DNA of 64,000 nt. Origin: a candidate division WOR-3 bacterium (lineage in GTDB: Bacteria > Hydrothermota > Tepidihabitantia > Tepidihabitantales > Tepidihabitantaceae). The notes under the pieces were generated by a model. The model had not been told where the DNA came from. It did not search any database and saw only the letters and a program-made list of their open reading frames with translations. Numbering within the stretch: position 1 is the first letter of the stretch; each line of letters begins with the position of its first letter. The DNA lies in the NCBI GenBank assembly GCA_965649205.1, contig CBFGJV010000007.1:33966-97965 (forward strand), in the 5' to 3' direction. The translations under genes were made by a program, and so were the position numbers. Positions 59,851 through 64,000 of this stretch are shown here, in pieces.

Positions 59851-61110
59851 CTAGCGCTTTTTCTTCTGCAACCGACTTGCCCAGAATAATCCAGCTACTC
59901 CGCTGCCCAGGAGAATGACGCCGATTATAACAAGGACGGTCTTGATGGACGTGAGGTCTCCCAGAGTGCCGATTGCTATGGTAGCAAGTATGAATACGAT
60001 ATTTGTGAGAAGCTCGCGCGTAGAAAAAATGCGGCCTCTTATTTGAGCTGGTACTTGTTCTTGGAGAATTGTGGTCTGGGCGATACTTAACCAGGAAAAA
60101 GCGATGCCTGACACTAGAGATACAATGACGATGTACCAGACTGCAAGGAAAAAGGGACCAGCCAGGAATAGGAGCGCGTAGAGGATGATGGTGCCGATCA
60201 CTACTAGACTACGGTCCAGGCTGGCGGGCAGAATGCTCATAATAGCAGCTCCCCCAATCATGCCGATGGCGACCACCCCGGCGAATGTGCCCACACCACC
60301 GGTTCCCAATCCCAGCTCTTGTTGCACAAGGTAGATAAGTACCGTGTAACTGACTGCAGAGACGAAGGTGGACAGGATAAGCGACACGAAAACGAACGCC
60401 ACAAGGCCGTTGGTAGTTACGGTGCGAACTACTTCCAGGAGTTCGGTGAGAAGGCGAATAGAGCTTTGCGTAAGTGAAACAGAAGGTATTGGTGGGGAGG
60501 TGGTTTGGAGCGGGGGACGCACTATTCCCAGTATCAATAATCCGGCTGCGAGGTGGCAGGAGGCGTCAAGGGCTAACCCGTAGTTCCAACCGGTCCATCT
60601 GACAAGGAACCCGCCCAGTACCATTCCGAGTACAGTGGCAAGGCGGGCGAAGGAAAGATGAACAGAGTTCGCAGAGAGGATGGTGTTACGCGGTACGAGC
60701 ATGGGCAGGAGGGCCGGCGAGGCGGCGTTATTGAACACATCCAGACCGAAGAAGAGAAACAGGGCAAGCCAGAAAGGTAGAAAACTCCGTGTTATGGTCA
60801 TGACTGGTATGGCAAGAAGCAGTATGCCCGTCTGAAGAAAATGAACCCGTGCCAGCACCAGGCGTTTGTCCCAGTGGTCTACCAGAACCCCGACAAAGGG
60901 AGAGAGCAACAAGGTGGGAAGGGTAAAGATCAGAGCGCCTTGGGAATAGGCGAAGAGACGGCCAGGCGATTCTTGCCCGATAACAGTGATGAGGAGCATA
61001 TGGGTCAGGCGGTCTCCAAACTGGGACATAGTGCCCGACAAAGTGAGCAGAAGAAAATTGCGCAGACGGAGAAGACGGAAGGAGGTCAGGCGTTCCTCTG
61101 CAGAAGCCAT
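59851..61110 (-). CDS. MFS transporter (probably leaderless, ATG 61110)
   Basis: About 12 TM helices; GVLVDHWDKR motif A; RGRIFS. Confidence 0.9.
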   Translation of the reverse strand: MASAEERLTSFRLLRLRNFLLLTLSGTMSQFGDRLTHMLLITVIGQESPGRLFAYSQGALIFTLPTLLLSPFVGVLVDHWDKRLVLARVHFLQTGILLLAIPVMTITRSFLPFWLALFLFFGLDVFNNAASPALLPMLVPRNTILSANSVHLSFARLATVLGMVLGGFLVRWTGWNYGLALDASCHLAAGLLILGIVRPPLQTTSPPIPSVSLTQSSIRLLTELLEVVRTVTTNGLVAFVFVSLILSTFVSAVSYTVLIYLVQQELGLGTGGVGTFAGVVAIGMIGGAAIMSILPASLDRSLVVIGTIILYALLFLAGPFFLAVWYIVIVSLVSGIAFSWLSIAQTTILQEQVPAQIRGRIFSTRELLTNIVFILATIAIGTLGDLTSIKTVLVIIGVILLGSGVAGLFWASRLQKKKR

Positions 61111-61115
61111 GCGGC

Positions 61116-61143
61116 ATCGTACTGTTTGTTCAGATGCAGTCAA
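61116..61143 (-). promoter_or_regulatory. Promoter for the MFS gene
   Basis: TTGACT-N16-TACGAT-N5-ATG. Confidence 0.7.
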
Positions 61144-61241
61144 GCAGGCGATTGTGTCTGAGGAAGGTGGTGTTTTTTGGCTGGACCTCTGCTTTGGTGT
61201 TTGAATTAGGCAAGCAATTTCTGCTCAGAACGAGAACGCGG

Positions 61242-62705
61242 TCAATGCGTGCAAGCGACGAAAGAAGGAGGATGTGGGTCCCGCCACTTTGCTTTGCTGC
61301 TCACTAGGCTCGCGGCCGCTGAAATGGCGAGCAGAGGTTCAAACGGGACACGCATACGGGCCTCGCCCAGAGGACCGGTGAGGAGGGAAAAATACAAAAT
61401 GGGCCCGATAAACCAAACTAGAGTTCTGCCTTGTCGGGACAAGAGACTCTTGAAGGTCAATACAAGAAGCCCCAGTTGGAAAATAGAAGCAGCGATCAAC
61501 ACGGAAAGTCCAAATATGCCCAGTTGGGAGAGGCGATTGTGCCAAGCCGATGTAGCTGCTTCCTTGAGCCGGCCGCGGGCGAGGTTGGCCAAAATCTGCT
61601 GCATGAGGTGAGGTTCTGCTGTCAAATTGGTACCGCTGTGTACCGCTAGGGGTCTTATGCTTATGGGGCTGAAAAGCGTGAAAAAAAAGCCGAGTAGCTG
61701 CATCTCTATGGCCGGGCCAGGTGTTTGCAATATGTGTCTCCAGGCGATCTGGGAAAGTCGCTGCCAGAACTGCGCTTCGTTAGTTGTGTCCAAAAGCCCG
61801 AAACGGGCGGTTGCTTCTCTACGCATGAGTTCGCGTGCTTCTGTTAGGGTGATGTTGTTCTTGACGGCCAACGCTGCAGCAGCGTTGAACAAGAACAGGT
61901 TGTGTTCACCAGCAGTGGAAAGCAACCAGCGGCCGGTAAGCTTCTGATTGCGAGCCAGCCAGGGGAGAACTGTCAGGGCAGCGCAGAAGACAACTAGAGC
62001 AGCATTTAGCGAACGTCGAAGGTAAGATGCGGGATATGCCGCGATAAGGTTTGTGTGTTTCCTGATGAGGGACAGAAAACTCAGTAGCACAGGAAAAAGA
62101 ATTGCTATCGGCCGAATCAGCATGAGAAGACCGCAGGCAACGCCGCAGGCGACTGCATCGCGGATAAGGTTGAATGTATGGAGGCGGTGATAGATGGACA
62201 AGGTCAAAATTAGCAGGAGGGTGAACAAGGTCTCGGTCACGAGTTTTGTAGAAATGAAAGCGAGGTTCGGTGAAACGGCGACCAATAGGGCGGCGAGATG
62301 GCACGTACCTTCGGCTAGCGCTAACTCGGTGCAGAAGCGAAAAGTGGCCCATACAAGGACTGAGGAAAGTAGTAGTTGAGCGATGATGGCAGGAAGAAGA
62401 GGGTTTCGTGATACAAGATAGAATGGGGCGATGAACAGTGGGTAGCCTGGCGTACGCAGGACCTCGGGGCGATAAGGGGGGACTGCTGAACGGGAGAACA
62501 CATGCTGATTGGCCAGGTTGCGGGCAAGAGTTGCGTATTCTGAAGCGTCGGGAATGGAATCAATTATTTTAGTTTGAAGAGGAGTAGCAGGAATAGCCAG
62601 AAACAGAAGTCTCAGGGCCAGGCACAACAAAATTGCCAGTAGCAGTGAAATTCGCAGGCCCCTGCATCGGTGGTGAGGGGCAGAGTAATTCTGTATCAAA
62701 GACAC
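61242..62705 (-). CDS. GT-C (ArnT/family 39-like) membrane glycosyltransferase
   Basis: DASEY..LARNL, RTPGYPLF, TETLF, PWLARN; many TM helices. Confidence 0.8.
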   Translation of the reverse strand: MSLIQNYSAPHHRCRGLRISLLLAILLCLALRLLFLAIPATPLQTKIIDSIPDASEYATLARNLANQHVFSRSAVPPYRPEVLRTPGYPLFIAPFYLVSRNPLLPAIIAQLLLSSVLVWATFRFCTELALAEGTCHLAALLVAVSPNLAFISTKLVTETLFTLLLILTLSIYHRLHTFNLIRDAVACGVACGLLMLIRPIAILFPVLLSFLSLIRKHTNLIAAYPASYLRRSLNAALVVFCAALTVLPWLARNQKLTGRWLLSTAGEHNLFLFNAAAALAVKNNITLTEARELMRREATARFGLLDTTNEAQFWQRLSQIAWRHILQTPGPAIEMQLLGFFFTLFSPISIRPLAVHSGTNLTAEPHLMQQILANLARGRLKEAATSAWHNRLSQLGIFGLSVLIAASIFQLGLLVLTFKSLLSRQGRTLVWFIGPILYFSLLTGPLGEARMRVPFEPLLAISAAASLVSSKAKWRDPHPPSFVACTH

Positions 62706-62717
62706 AAATTCTGTGGG

Positions 62718-63383
62718 CTACTGGATGTCATACCAGATCGGTTCTTGCCGGCGGCGGTTGCGAACCAAAAGAGCCAAGAGAAGACCGACAAAGAAACCGC
62801 CGATGTGAGCGAAGTATGCTACCCCGGACCCGCCGCCAACAGTAGAGCAGGCGTATAGCATCTGCAGTAGTATCCAGAACCCCAACAGGAGGAAGGCGGG
62901 AAGATAAACAATGCGTATGAAGAAAAAGACAGGCATAAGTGTCAGTACCCGTGCCCGGGGATAAAGAACGAAGTAAGCTCCCATGACGCCGGAGATAGCA
63001 CCTGAGGCACCGATGGTCGGTATAGAGGAAGTCGGGGTGACTAGGATGTGAAGAAGACTACCGGCTATGCCAGAAAGAATATACATGCCGAGATAATTGA
63101 TATGTCCGAATGCATCTTCTACATTATCGCCGAATATCCATAAAAAAAGCATATTACCCAGGATGTGAAAAGGTCCACCGTGGAGGAACATGGAGGTAAG
63201 CAACGTCCACAGACGCTGACCGCGGATTATTTCAATCGGGATCATGCCGAATTCGTAAATCAGAAAGCGTTCGCTTTCCGGGCCGAACATTTGGTAGAGG
63301 AATACAGCTACACAGGCGCCCACCAGTGTGTAGGTCACTATCGGTCTGCTCAGAGATTTGACATCGTCACGAAGTGGAATCAT
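62718..63383 (-). CDS. Rhomboid family intramembrane serine protease
   Basis: HILGNMLFL, GASGAI, AHIGG. Confidence 0.95.
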   Translation of the reverse strand: MIPLRDDVKSLSRPIVTYTLVGACVAVFLYQMFGPESERFLIYEFGMIPIEIIRGQRLWTLLTSMFLHGGPFHILGNMLFLWIFGDNVEDAFGHINYLGMYILSGIAGSLLHILVTPTSSIPTIGASGAISGVMGAYFVLYPRARVLTLMPVFFFIRIVYLPAFLLLGFWILLQMLYACSTVGGGSGVAYFAHIGGFFVGLLLALLVRNRRRQEPIWYDIQ

Positions 63384-63934
63384 CGTCGCTGGGTTGAGGG
63401 TTTGGAGCGGGAGGGCTTGGCTTTTCGGAGAACGGAGCGTCGAGGGTTGGAGCGCAGAATGACCACAGCGAAGGCGGCGATGCTTTTATGGGGTATAGCT
63501 AACAAGGTGCCCTCGCAAGTCTTGGCCTGTAGACCAACCGCATCGAGCGGCAATCCCATCAGATTGGCAATCCGGGTCCGGATGTTTTGAGCAAAGGGTG
63601 AAAGTTTCGGTTCGTCGCAGATAACTATGCAATCAAGATGGTCTATGTGGTATCCACTAGTTGTTACCTTCATCACGATTTGGGCTAAGAGTGAAGTGCT
63701 GTCGATGTTGTGATATTGGGGATCTGTGTCAGGAAATAGTGTTCCGATGTCAGGTAGGGCCAGAGCGCCGAGCAGTGCATCGGTGATTGCGTGGAGCAGT
63801 ACATCGGCGTCCGAATGGCCGGCCAGTCCGGGGCTGTCTGGAATAGATATGCCTCCCAATTTAAGCTGACGATTTGGCTGTGAACCGAATCGGTGAGAGT
63901 CGAATCCAAGCCCGATCCGATAGGACGATTTCAT
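63380..63934 (-). CDS. ispF: 2-C-methyl-D-erythritol 2,4-cyclodiphosphate synthase
   Basis: RIGLGFDSH, GHSDADVLLHAITDA, DIGTLFPDTD. Confidence 0.96.
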   Translation of the reverse strand: MKSSYRIGLGFDSHRFGSQPNRQLKLGGISIPDSPGLAGHSDADVLLHAITDALLGALALPDIGTLFPDTDPQYHNIDSTSLLAQIVMKVTTSGYHIDHLDCIVICDEPKLSPFAQNIRTRIANLMGLPLDAVGLQAKTCEGTLLAIPHKSIAAFAVVILRSNPRRSVLRKAKPSRSKPSTQRR

Positions 63935-63940
63935 TAGCAG

Positions 63941-63968
63941 ATTGTAGGCATGGTTGAGGTAGGGTCAA
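63941..63968 (-). promoter_or_regulatory. Promoter for ispF-rhomboid-GT
   Basis: TTGACC-N16-TACAAT-N6-ATG. Confidence 0.72.
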
Positions 63969-64000
63969 GAACGGTCGTATCTAGAGTGGGCAGTTTTGGG

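Overview
Chromosomal window from a diderm, probably anaerobic bacterium. T9SS-like C-terminal domains, PorV-like barrels, FBP aldolase/phosphatase and Sec machinery suggest an FCB-related lineage such as candidate phylum WOR-3 (inference only). Housekeeping blocks: adk-map-infA-rpmJ; pyrG-lptC-lptA-like-lptB-rpoN-selB-selD-mscS; the S10-spc ribosomal cluster, which ends at rplF with a terminator; tamA-tamB-priA; fbp-moxR-yceD; csp-folK-dnk-panB-panC; ispF-rhomboid. Accessory genes include a frameshifted secreted C1 cysteine protease and a 2110-aa M14 carboxypeptidase with 16 repeat domains, divergent from a DUF2723 glycosyltransferase. Most notable: (1) a coupled cluster of PorV-like barrel, tandem-HhH beta-barrel, FadL/PorV-like barrel, secreted 5'-nucleotidase and divergent RecJ, a candidate extracellular-DNA capture and salvage system; (2) recurrent sigma70-type promoters with a 16-bp spacer, four apparently driving leaderless genes; (3) a candidate protein O-glycosylation enzyme/substrate pair; (4) a selenocysteine SelD, a probable ATC start for panC, a helicase-dead PriA and a structured rpsJ leader. 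I found no rRNA, tRNA, CRISPR array or mobile element. All calls come from reading motifs by eye; no searches were run.
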